Shown here one piece after another: positions 1-8,294 of a DNA stretch of 62,423 bases (the stretch's first letter is position 1; each line of letters begins with the position of its first letter). This DNA is from Candidatus Amesbacteria bacterium RIFCSPLOWO2_01_FULL_48_25 (GTDB taxonomy: Bacteria > Patescibacteriota > Microgenomatia > CAZETR01 > Amesbacteraceae). The notes below the pieces were generated by a model that worked only from the letters and a program-made list of their open reading frames with translations, was not told the DNA's origin and did no database searches. The stretch is taken from assembly GCA_001773695.1 (NCBI GenBank), contig MEXN01000004.1, forward strand, positions 1-62,423, in the 5' to 3' direction. Both the position numbers and the translations under genes were made by a program.

Positions 1-2
1 CT

Positions 3-128
3 GACGCGCTTTCCGCGGAGGCGCCCTACGTTCCTCAGGGTAAAGGCGCGGAAAGCGCTACCTCCCGACCTCCTTCCAATTCTTACTGGCTGGCCGTTTA
101 CAAAAAATGTCGAACTTCATTTGATTAG
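3..128 (+). CDS. 3' end of a gene entering from outside the window, possibly a serine recombinase
   Basis: Frame is open from base 3 to TAG at 126-128 and ends ...SYWLAVYKKCRTSFD*, the same last 13 residues as the recombinase-like fragment at 1583-1876. The identity of the upstream gene is inferred. Confidence 0.35.
   Translation, partial: DALSAEAPYVPQGKGAESATSRPPSNSYWLAVYKKCRTSFD
6..58. repeat. GC-rich nested hairpin
   Basis: GCGCTTTCCGCG (6-17) pairs with CGCGGAAAGCGC (47-58); inner CCCT/AGGG stem. Confidence 0.7.
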
Positions 129-162
129 CTCCGGCGCGGCGCCCCCACCCGCCGCGCCTCCG
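85..162 (+). repeat. 78-bp perfect inverted repeat, left copy
   Basis: Exact reverse complement of 1549-1626 by hand comparison; contains a GGCGCGGCG/CGCCGCGCC hairpin. Confidence 0.95.
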
Positions 163-225
163 AAACTGTCGGCTCGAACAGTCCGCCATAGGCGGACTAA
201 AAGAAAAAACGCAAAAATTTTTAAA

Positions 226-1329
226 TCATTCGACTGGGCTAAATGTTTCAAAAAAAGCCTTAATTGCAGCCTCATTATTCAGGCACTCCTCTTTAGGAAA
301 CCTCCAATAATATATGTCTGAATAAGAAAGTATAAAAACTTTATTATTGAAGGGAAGGTAAATTGTCACAATTCTATATTTTCTAGGCACACTGCTTTCA
401 TAAACGGCATTGTTATCTGCGGTAACTCTTTTACCTATAATTCCGTTTATGGACACACTTTCCTGTACCTTACCTTGATAATTGTAAGTTGGATCATTAA
501 CACCTAGCCACTGTTCGAGTGGCAAACCTGAAGGATTATCTCTTTTTTCTACATTAAAAGAATCCAGACAAAACTCATCAAGACCGTGTGCCCTATTGAA
601 TGTTAGTTTTCTATCATTATCGCTTCGGTTAAGTAACGGTGCTTTAAATAATTTGTCATCGTATCGAATAGACCACCCATCTGTTTTATTTTCAAATAAC
701 TTCCAACTTTTTTGCTCAGTCGAAATTTTGGTAACCGGTGTGGGTAAAAATTGGTTAATTGTTTGTCCAATTGAAGACCATAAAATATAGATCGCTATAA
801 ACAGCAAAATGTATCCACCAAAGAAAGCTATTTGTTTTTTCATTGGCCACGTACTTTTTACTCTAACAACCTGACTATTGGCTGCTAAATCATGAAGCCC
901 TCTCTTTTGTTTCGAAAAGATTATTACAAGGCTGTTTACGAAGTAGAATAGGCCCCCGAAAATAGGAATTATTAAAATACCCACTTTTGTAAGCTCTCTT
1001 ACAATTCCGCGCCAGTACGATATTTTTTCATCCGTATGATATTTAACAACTTTAAGACCATAGGCATCTTTACCAATTGTTGTTCCCTTTTTAGAAGTGA
1101 AGTAAACGTAATATATAATATATGAAGCTAGAACAATTATTGTATAAACCGGATTTGTTTCTATACTTCCTTTTGAAATACGTATTCCAGTTATTAGATA
1201 CCAAATAGAAACTATTACTACGGCTGGTATACCAAAAATCATTCCATCTATTATGCTTGCCCAGAATCTTGCCCATGCGCCACCAGGTTTTATCTCAAAG
1301 TTGTTGTTGGGTTTTGACTCCAAGGGCAT
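226..1329 (-). CDS. RDD-family membrane protein with extracytoplasmic C-terminal domain
   Basis: RFWASIIDG, TIGKDAYGLKVV and KRGLHDLAANSQVV are RDD motifs, followed by a further TM helix and a soluble domain. Confidence 0.8.
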   Translation of the reverse strand: MPLESKPNNNFEIKPGGAWARFWASIIDGMIFGIPAVVIVSIWYLITGIRISKGSIETNPVYTIIVLASYIIYYVYFTSKKGTTIGKDAYGLKVVKYHTDEKISYWRGIVRELTKVGILIIPIFGGLFYFVNSLVIIFSKQKRGLHDLAANSQVVRVKSTWPMKKQIAFFGGYILLFIAIYILWSSIGQTINQFLPTPVTKISTEQKSWKLFENKTDGWSIRYDDKLFKAPLLNRSDNDRKLTFNRAHGLDEFCLDSFNVEKRDNPSGLPLEQWLGVNDPTYNYQGKVQESVSINGIIGKRVTADNNAVYESSVPRKYRIVTIYLPFNNKVFILSYSDIYYWRFPKEECLNNEAAIKAFFETFSPVE

Positions 1330-1548
1330 AGGTGGGTGAGCTACATCATGATTTGAAGAGTGGTTTGAGATTGTGCCTGAGATTGGTTGGTGGTAAAATT
1401 AGATTGTAAATTTTCCGCCATATTTAGTTCAGTATAGCATAGGTGTATTATTTTTTGATCTGCTTACATGTTAGATTGTCGTATTCAATTTGGTTCAATT
1501 GTAGTTTGCTCGGCTCCGCCGAGCAAAAATCGCGCGCGCAAAAAATAG

Positions 1549-1626
1549 CGGAGGCGCGGCGGGTGGGGGCGCCGCGCCGGAGCTAATCAAATGAAGTTCG
1601 ACATTTTTTGTAAACGGCCAGCCAGT
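1549..1626 (-). repeat. 78-bp perfect inverted repeat, right copy
   Basis: Exact reverse complement of 85-162. Confidence 0.95.
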
Positions 1627-1876
1627 CGCCTCTTATTATAACTTCCTGCTGCTTACGCAGGACGGAAAACACCGGATTCTCGGCTATTTTCCAGACTTTC
1701 TTATCCTTAACGTAAATCCGTTCAAAGAACAGCCTAAGATAATGTTTTTTGAGAAAATCCGGGGCTTCAGTGTACGTCTGATAAGTATTAGTGGTTAGGG
1801 ACAAAACTTCGTCAATCAAACGATAGTCCAGTTTAGCCTTGGCTTCCACCTCACTTTGTGACTCCTGAAAAACCTC
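1583..1876 (-). pseudogene. C-terminal fragment of a probable large serine recombinase
   Basis: ...LKKHYLRLFFERIYVKDKKV...W..RT* resembles the post-coiled-coil tail of large serine recombinases; no catalytic N-terminus is present. Left boundary from the ORF track, right boundary approximate. Confidence 0.5.
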
Positions 1877-1920
1877 CCTGAATAATATTAAGAAATTGCT
1901 AAAGAAGTAGATTGATGCAT

Positions 1921-2025
1921 TTTGACTTCTTCCCATCTTTCCCTGATTAACTAATTCTGAAAAGTGTCCTCATAAGCTTTGAACAAAAATCTTTTAATAA
2001 TATGCTCTCATTCACTAATTATAAT
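1921..2025. repeat. Diverged direct repeat A (LIRERWEE-encoding segment plus TATAAT)
   Basis: About 44/60 nt identical to 8295-8354 by hand alignment; similarity continues to a shared TATAAT (2020-2025 vs 8376-8381). Confidence 0.8.
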
Positions 2026-2113
2026 GGTGTAACTAACGGTTCAAATCTTTAATGAACTGAAGGTTAAAAGATGTGTTTAGATAAAAATTGCTACTACAGG
2101 ATATAATCAGAGT

Positions 2114-4417
2114 ATGGCAAAGGAAGTTGACACAACACTGGTTCATCCCGCAGTAGCTTCACTTTCACCCAATAACCCTGCCGGGATCGAAAGTCTGCTA
2201 AGGGTCGTGAACGGCGAGGTAGCTTTCGTCGATTTCAATGAAGGGCTGCTCCTAGATTGGATGCTTTCGAGTGCTTCACTCGGGGATTTTGTAAAAAGTC
2301 ACAGTTCAGACAAGACTTTTGCGGCTAGATTGGAAAAATTAGGTATGACACATAAAAGAGTGGAAACTGTTGTTGAAGGGGCTGACGAGGCCAGGGAAGC
2401 TTTCGCAAGATTAGAAACTTATGGAGATTTCAGAAAGTTTGTGGAGTGTAAGAGAGTGCTCGAGGATGCTGCCAAGATCGTGAGTGCGCCATTTATAACA
2501 GATGAAGAAGCGGAGTATTTAAAAGTTCATAGGAATACATTTGGTTACTACAATTCCCAGTTTCATGATTCCAGAGGTTCATTAGTAGAATTGTCACAAT
2601 CTGCCAGGCTATATAAGACTTTTTTAGAAGATCAAGCCATACCTCAAATACTGCAGAGTAAGCCAAAAATACTTGGTATTTCGGTAACTCACCCAGATCA
2701 ATATGTATTTGCATTTCAATTGGCCCATGGAGTCAGAAAAGCTAATCCTGAAATTGTGACATTGTGTGGGGGTGGAACAGTTTCGAGAAGGATGGATACA
2801 TGGTCAAAAGATGATGATATAAACAGGGCTATTTTCAGAGATTCCAGAGCAGAAGCTAAAGGACTAATAGATGGAATGGTTATAAGTGAAGGGGAATTAG
2901 CCATGGCGCAGCTAACAGCGAAAATTGTCAGCGATCCAAGTATCGATATAAATGATTTGTTTGATGATGTTTACGGCGCGGTATATAAGAAAGACGGCAA
3001 GATCACATTTAACAGTCTTCCCAGAGCTTTTTATCCGGAGGCATTATGGAGAAGAAGAGATGTTTATAAACACTTAAAGAGAGGTTTAATGCCCGAAGAA
3101 AGAAAAATGCATTCGCTTGTAGACGGAAGAGTTTGTACTTACGAATGTTCCACCGGTGGGTGTGAATTTTGTGCGATTAGTAAGGGTTACCTGGAGTTAT
3201 CCCAACAGGCAGTCCGAAGACTGAGAATTCCACAGGCTCCAGTATTATCAGACTCGACTCAGATTGAACAAGGTTTAAGTTATCCTCCGGACGCCATTGA
3301 CGGAAAAAGAGGGATTAAGGTTATTGCTCAACGAAAATTGGGTGCCGAAAGAATGGCTCAGGAGATACAAGAAGGACTTCAGAATGGATTTTCAGTAGTA
3401 GATATAACTGATGAACAGTTTACTGTCGATCAGGCTTTAGAGCTTACAAAAGCCCTGGCCAGTCGGGGCATAAATACATCTAATCAGGATGTCGTTTACT
3501 CTTGCTATATGAGAATTGATGACGCTGGGGATACTACAAATTACAGACAAAAATATGGAAAGGACTTGTCAGATCTTTTGGTTGATCCGGAAGCTGCCAA
3601 GCAGCTTGCAGCAGGCGGCTTAAGATTCGCCCAGTTTGGTCTTGAAACCACATATCCTCCAAAAATGCAGTCTATGGTAAAGGGAACATCTGAATCAAAA
3701 GTGAAAAAATTTGGGAGTGTTCTGAAGAATTTAGCTGAAAATGGAATCATGTCACATATTTTCGTAATTGTCGGCTATCCGTTAAGGCAAGATTATTTTC
3801 AGGATGGTAAAAAATTCTCTTTCGAGAAAAAGGTTTTAGGCCGCGACATAGATGCCGATGACCTGGAAATTTTTGAGGCTATTTATAACTTAAAGTTTCT
3901 CCATGACCACAGTCGATATATTTATACATTTAAACAAGCACCATACGAATTAGCGTATGGATCTCCAATGGCAGCAAAACCTGAACAATATGGTTTGGCT
4001 GCTGATTGGGGACAATTTGAGAAGACTGACCTAGCTTGTGGTATTCCGTTCAGTTACACAGAAAAGATCGGACCGTCACAACCAGTATTGAACGACTTGA
4101 TTGAGTTATATGGTTTTTGGAAGCGAAAGGAAATGCCATTTCAACCAGTTGTCCAGGAGTTTCAATACTCGCAGAGAATAATACAGGAGCTGGGAGCAGA
4201 GAAAATTGCCCAAATTGCTCACAACTTATCAAAAAATGAGTCTGGAAACGAAAGCCCCACACGGGAAGCAGAAATTCTTATCCGCTTGTGGGGTAAACTG
4301 ACGGATCATGGAAAAAGCAACAACGGGGTTAGATTAATGTTTCCGTCTGGATTTAAGTCTTACGACGACTTGTATTCATTGGCTGAGAAATTGGAAGAAC
4401 TGAGGGAAAAAACTTAA
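2114..4417 (+). CDS. Cobalamin-binding (class B-like) radical SAM protein
   Basis: B12-binding-like segment KILGISVTHPDQ...GGGTVS; CSTGGCEFC (CX4CX2C) cluster motif; YMR, FGLET and VIVGYP match radical SAM barrel strands. Confidence 0.8.
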   Translation: MAKEVDTTLVHPAVASLSPNNPAGIESLLRVVNGEVAFVDFNEGLLLDWMLSSASLGDFVKSHSSDKTFAARLEKLGMTHKRVETVVEGADEAREAFARLETYGDFRKFVECKRVLEDAAKIVSAPFITDEEAEYLKVHRNTFGYYNSQFHDSRGSLVELSQSARLYKTFLEDQAIPQILQSKPKILGISVTHPDQYVFAFQLAHGVRKANPEIVTLCGGGTVSRRMDTWSKDDDINRAIFRDSRAEAKGLIDGMVISEGELAMAQLTAKIVSDPSIDINDLFDDVYGAVYKKDGKITFNSLPRAFYPEALWRRRDVYKHLKRGLMPEERKMHSLVDGRVCTYECSTGGCEFCAISKGYLELSQQAVRRLRIPQAPVLSDSTQIEQGLSYPPDAIDGKRGIKVIAQRKLGAERMAQEIQEGLQNGFSVVDITDEQFTVDQALELTKALASRGINTSNQDVVYSCYMRIDDAGDTTNYRQKYGKDLSDLLVDPEAAKQLAAGGLRFAQFGLETTYPPKMQSMVKGTSESKVKKFGSVLKNLAENGIMSHIFVIVGYPLRQDYFQDGKKFSFEKKVLGRDIDADDLEIFEAIYNLKFLHDHSRYIYTFKQAPYELAYGSPMAAKPEQYGLAADWGQFEKTDLACGIPFSYTEKIGPSQPVLNDLIELYGFWKRKEMPFQPVVQEFQYSQRIIQELGAEKIAQIAHNLSKNESGNESPTREAEILIRLWGKLTDHGKSNNGVRLMFPSGFKSYDDLYSLAEKLEELREKT

Positions 4418-5310
4418 CTTTGCTCTGCCTTTTCTTCTTTTTCATGATCGTAGTAGGTAGGGTATTTTTCTGACATGGGGAATTTATATTGAGTAGGATC
4501 TTTGACCCCTGCTTCTTTATAACCTCTTCGCCTATCCCAACAAGTCGGACAATCGCCGCATTCGAGATCAAACTTCTTTACGCAAGTTCTGGCTTTATGA
4601 ATAGGGATATCATGATCATAAGCCCACTTAATAAATACATCCTTATCATAATAATTTCCAAAAGCTGTTTCTATGGGAATAGAAATAAATTGCCAAGAGT
4701 AGTCATTTAAAATTTGACACATAAGTAAATTCATAAGTCTTGTCCATGTTTGGGAGCAATGATATGAGCTGTCTGAACTTAGATGCGAAGCAAATATTGT
4801 GTTTATTTTTACATCTTTAGCCATCAGCGAATAGCCATATTCCATCCCCGTGAGGAAAATTATCGGATTTCTGGCTGGATATGAAATGTTATGACGAAGA
4901 AGAATTGAATCCACTTTCTTTTTTGCTTCTCTTAACAAATCTTTATATTCTGTTCCCGGGGTTGGAACATTTATCTCTAAATAATCGTTGTAGAGTTTGG
5001 GATATCTCTTTTTGTAGAATTCGTCGAAGAAATCTGCTGATGCTTTTTCGTATTTATAATTTGATTGACCCCTGCTAATAAAGAATGGGTAAACATGTAA
5101 ACCAAACTCTTCCATAAGTATACCGATATTTGTAACAGAATCCTGACCGCCGGAAAGACAGGCAACTACGCTACTGCCCTTTTCCGGCATTTTTACAATG
5201 TATCCACGTTTTTTTTCAAAATAGATATCCAGTACCGAAAGCAGTTCCATGTCTTCGTTGACTTTAGTTTTGATATCAATTATGCCAATATTATTCAATA
5301 TTTTGGTCAT
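4414..5310 (-). CDS. QueC-like PP-loop ATP pyrophosphatase
   Basis: SGGQDS PP-loop, GQ motif, YPARN, C-terminal Zn motif C-x8-CGDCPTC, RRRGYKEAGVKDPTQY tail. Confidence 0.85.
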   Translation of the reverse strand: MTKILNNIGIIDIKTKVNEDMELLSVLDIYFEKKRGYIVKMPEKGSSVVACLSGGQDSVTNIGILMEEFGLHVYPFFISRGQSNYKYEKASADFFDEFYKKRYPKLYNDYLEINVPTPGTEYKDLLREAKKKVDSILLRHNISYPARNPIIFLTGMEYGYSLMAKDVKINTIFASHLSSDSSYHCSQTWTRLMNLLMCQILNDYSWQFISIPIETAFGNYYDKDVFIKWAYDHDIPIHKARTCVKKFDLECGDCPTCWDRRRGYKEAGVKDPTQYKFPMSEKYPTYYDHEKEEKAEQS

Positions 5311-6034
5311 AGTGTTTATACATCGCGTAAACTTTCTTAGCTTCTTTCATAGTTTCCTGATAAATATGCGCATCGGTGACAAAGCCATCGAGTGGCCCGG
5401 TCCAAACATGGACTTTAAGCTTCTTTTCCAATCTTTTACAGACCTCTTTGGATAGCAAAGATATTGCAGCCATATTGCCCCCAGCTTTCTGGTAGGCGTC
5501 AATGGATCTGGCATTAAAGATGGTATTCAGATGAAATCCTTTGTCTTCATCAATTTTCAGCAACCTGAATTGGATTGTAGTAATACAAGGAAGATAATCA
5601 TCTCTCGGTCGATTTAAGGTTCTTTCATAATCTTCTTTTCTCACAAAACTCATTATTGCCTTCTTAGATTCGGGGATTTCAGCCAATCTTTCCACTACGA
5701 AATCCATCATCTTCCAGTTTTTGATTCTAGCAAAGTAGCTTTGACTTCCAGGACTGAATGACGGAACAATATCAAAATCGTGCATTATTTCCTTGTCAAA
5801 AGTTAAGCTTATTATTTCTTCGATATTTTTTTTATTACCGTATTTTTCCATTAAAGGATCTGGGAATACTTGAGTTAGCGACTTTATACGAATATTCTGC
5901 AAACTCAAACGCTTCCTTCCCTCATCGTTGGTTAATTGTCCATTTTTTAAAACTACACCCACAAGATTCATCCAGGCGCTGCCAATTGTTTCCCCGTATA
6001 GATTGTATCCAAAAGGTTCCAAATTTACCCACAT
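5291..6034 (-). CDS. Thymidylate synthase-fold protein (short, archaeal-like ThyA/hydroxymethylase type)
   Basis: LPC catalytic Cys, IQF, RSID, Asn at the dUMP-specificity position (GGN), AHIY; divergent N-terminus. Confidence 0.8.
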   Translation of the reverse strand: MWVNLEPFGYNLYGETIGSAWMNLVGVVLKNGQLTNDEGRKRLSLQNIRIKSLTQVFPDPLMEKYGNKKNIEEIISLTFDKEIMHDFDIVPSFSPGSQSYFARIKNWKMMDFVVERLAEIPESKKAIMSFVRKEDYERTLNRPRDDYLPCITTIQFRLLKIDEDKGFHLNTIFNARSIDAYQKAGGNMAAISLLSKEVCKRLEKKLKVHVWTGPLDGFVTDAHIYQETMKEAKKVYAMYKHYDQNIE

Positions 6035-6113
6035 AATGGCTAATTCTAGCTCTTTTTTTGGAAAACTGCCAGTTAGTGGTAAAATTTGGCGGAGTTAACG
6101 TATATCCGGTAGT

Positions 6114-6704
6114 ATGTCAGTTGAAAGAACACCTGTTACTGTGTTTTTAGAAGGATCTTCCCGCTCCGGTAAAACTACTCTATTAAAAGCAATAGAAGCT
6201 CCGGATACAGCCATAATCTATAAGAATTGGCCATCTGATTTGAAAGATCCACCCATAGAATTCTTTTTGGAGCGGGACGAAGATAAGCTTCACAGAGCTA
6301 AGGCTGCACCGCAGCAGTTAAAACTAGTGGACAGAGGCTATTTATCAACATTAACATTCTATTCGGTTCTGGAAGAACAAGTGGGAATTTCAGCCCAACC
6401 AGTTTACAGGTGGGTTGTTAATGAAATGGGGCGCAAGTTATACCATCCGGATCATTACATTTTTGTTGATGTGCCCCCCGAAGTGACAAGGAAAAAATAC
6501 AAAAGCCATGGGGGTTTAGTATACGAAAATAATATGTGGATCAAATTTCCCGAACGAATAAGTTTTTGGTACAACAGACTTCTGGCAGCTTATGAACCTG
6601 CAACTTCAGTTTACCGGATAGACGGCAGCAGGGATTTAAATTTAGTAATGGAAGAATTTAACGACCTACTCAGCACAATCAGAAACGGCTCACCTGAAAC
6701 ATAA
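6114..6704 (+). CDS. Thymidylate-kinase-like nucleoside monophosphate kinase
   Basis: P-loop EGSSRSGKTT, DRGYLS motif, PDHYIFVDVPPE. Confidence 0.8.
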   Translation: MSVERTPVTVFLEGSSRSGKTTLLKAIEAPDTAIIYKNWPSDLKDPPIEFFLERDEDKLHRAKAAPQQLKLVDRGYLSTLTFYSVLEEQVGISAQPVYRWVVNEMGRKLYHPDHYIFVDVPPEVTRKKYKSHGGLVYENNMWIKFPERISFWYNRLLAAYEPATSVYRIDGSRDLNLVMEEFNDLLSTIRNGSPET

Positions 6705-6708
6705 AGTT

Positions 6709-7581
6709 TTACCTGAAATATTCCTTAGCTTTACGCAGAACTTCAAGGTGGTCATCAATACTACTCTTATTGCCTCCAACTGATCCGACTGAAAAATGAC
6801 TGACTTCAGAATGTGCAAGCCAATCATCACCTTCTCTTTTCCAGTCATTTTCTCCCGATTCCCATCTGATGTTAACCTTTCCCATAACAGGCAATGTTTG
6901 CGGGTCCCTGGCTTGGTCTTCTAAACATTGTTTCAACAGAGGAAGATACTGATAATTAAATTCGGCGGCCTTTCCTCTTGGAATCCACCCATCGGCTATC
7001 CTCACTGTTCTCGCTATAACTTTATTATTAGTTCCCCCCATCCAAATAGGGATTGGTTGTTGAATAGGTCGAGGGTTAATTCCTACAGATTTAAATTGCT
7101 CTTGCTGATCTGAGAAATTAACAGAATCTTGTGTCCATAGTTGTCGGAGCAGCTCAACTTGTCGCTCAATTCTTCTACCTCTTTGAGAAAAGATACTTCC
7201 CATTCCCAAAGCGTCAAACTCTTCTTTTAACCAGCCGACCCCTACCCCTAGGTTTAGCCTGCCATCACTCAGAATATCTACATCTGCTGCCTGCCGGGCT
7301 GTAAGGGCTGTTTGCCTCTCGGGAAGTACAAGTACACCAGTGAAAAGCTCAATCTTACCTGTAACGGCAGCTATTGCTGCCAGTAAGGTCAGCGGGTCTG
7401 TGTATTTTTCTTCTAAAGAGTATTTCAGCTTCTCACCTGTTTGATTCTGACTTGGTAAAACAACATGATCACAGGCAACTACATAATCAAATCCCATTTT
7501 TTCGGTTTCCTTTGCTAACTCAAGAATTTCTCTTCCGCCAATGAGTTCGCGCGGCAATATCACTCCTATTTTTCTTTCCAT
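6709..7581 (-). CDS. LLM-class (flavin/F420-dependent) oxidoreductase
   Basis: GFDYVVACDH, DPLTLLAAIAAVT, LSDGRLNLGVGVGW, PIPIWMGG, ADGW. Confidence 0.88.
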   Translation of the reverse strand: MERKIGVILPRELIGGREILELAKETEKMGFDYVVACDHVVLPSQNQTGEKLKYSLEEKYTDPLTLLAAIAAVTGKIELFTGVLVLPERQTALTARQAADVDILSDGRLNLGVGVGWLKEEFDALGMGSIFSQRGRRIERQVELLRQLWTQDSVNFSDQQEQFKSVGINPRPIQQPIPIWMGGTNNKVIARTVRIADGWIPRGKAAEFNYQYLPLLKQCLEDQARDPQTLPVMGKVNIRWESGENDWKREGDDWLAHSEVSHFSVGSVGGNKSSIDDHLEVLRKAKEYFR

Positions 7582-7658
7582 AGCCAGATTTTATCACTAT
7601 GTCCTGTAGTTTGCTAAATTTGGCAATACCATCCATAGAATCGTTGTATAATTAAAAC

Positions 7659-8258
7659 ATGACCGAAGAAGAATCCTGGGGGGTTTTGACAAAGAAACAA
7701 TTCGAAGACTTTTTAGCTTTGTTTACCAAACGTTTTGGTAAACCTGTTCACTCAAAACGGCTTTCTTTTTCTTTTTGGGATCATTCCAGAAACGAAGTTG
7801 ACACTAGGATAAGAGTCACTGACGGAAAACCGGAGATTATGCAGAAAGTTGGAGGAATCGGCGACCAAAAGGTCAGAGTAAGAACGGAAAGAAGAATAAC
7901 TTTAACTCCCAATCCGGACGATTTATTTAATACATACAAAATTCTCAGGGTACTAATTCCAGGTGGCGACTCATGCTATATATATCAACACGATAATTAT
8001 ATTTTTAAACAACCAGATTTTGAAATTAAACTGACTCATCAGCTGGGCAAAACCGACAAATATAATTTCGAGGTAGAAGCCGACACCACAAAGAAAGAAT
8101 TAAACCAGCTTTTAAGGGATCTGGGATTGTTTGAACTGGTGACTCTTACCAACGCTGAGTTTTGGGACAAATGGAATGAAGAGCTAAATCTTAGAGATGT
8201 TGAGTTAACTGAAGAGAAAGTGAAAGATCTTATAACAGGATATTTAGCTCACGAGTAG
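7659..8258 (+). CDS. CYTH-like (triphosphate tunnel) protein
   Basis: N-terminal ExE (ExExK degenerate), RIRV...MQK, FEVEA; acidic C-terminal helix. Confidence 0.62.
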   Translation: MTEEESWGVLTKKQFEDFLALFTKRFGKPVHSKRLSFSFWDHSRNEVDTRIRVTDGKPEIMQKVGGIGDQKVRVRTERRITLTPNPDDLFNTYKILRVLIPGGDSCYIYQHDNYIFKQPDFEIKLTHQLGKTDKYNFEVEADTTKKELNQLLRDLGLFELVTLTNAEFWDKWNEELNLRDVELTEEKVKDLITGYLAHE

Positions 8259-8294
8259 GTCAGGATTTTGGGCTAGGCGGCTATATTGCAGGGT

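Noticed and set aside
121-321. 66-aa ORF
   Set aside because: Made of the GC hairpin repeat plus the antisense of the RDD gene; no coding features.
4414-5310. QatABCD or dpd (7-deazaguanine DNA modification) system
   Set aside because: No QatA ATPase, QatB or TatD neighbours, and no dpdA/TGT, folE, queD or queE in the window.
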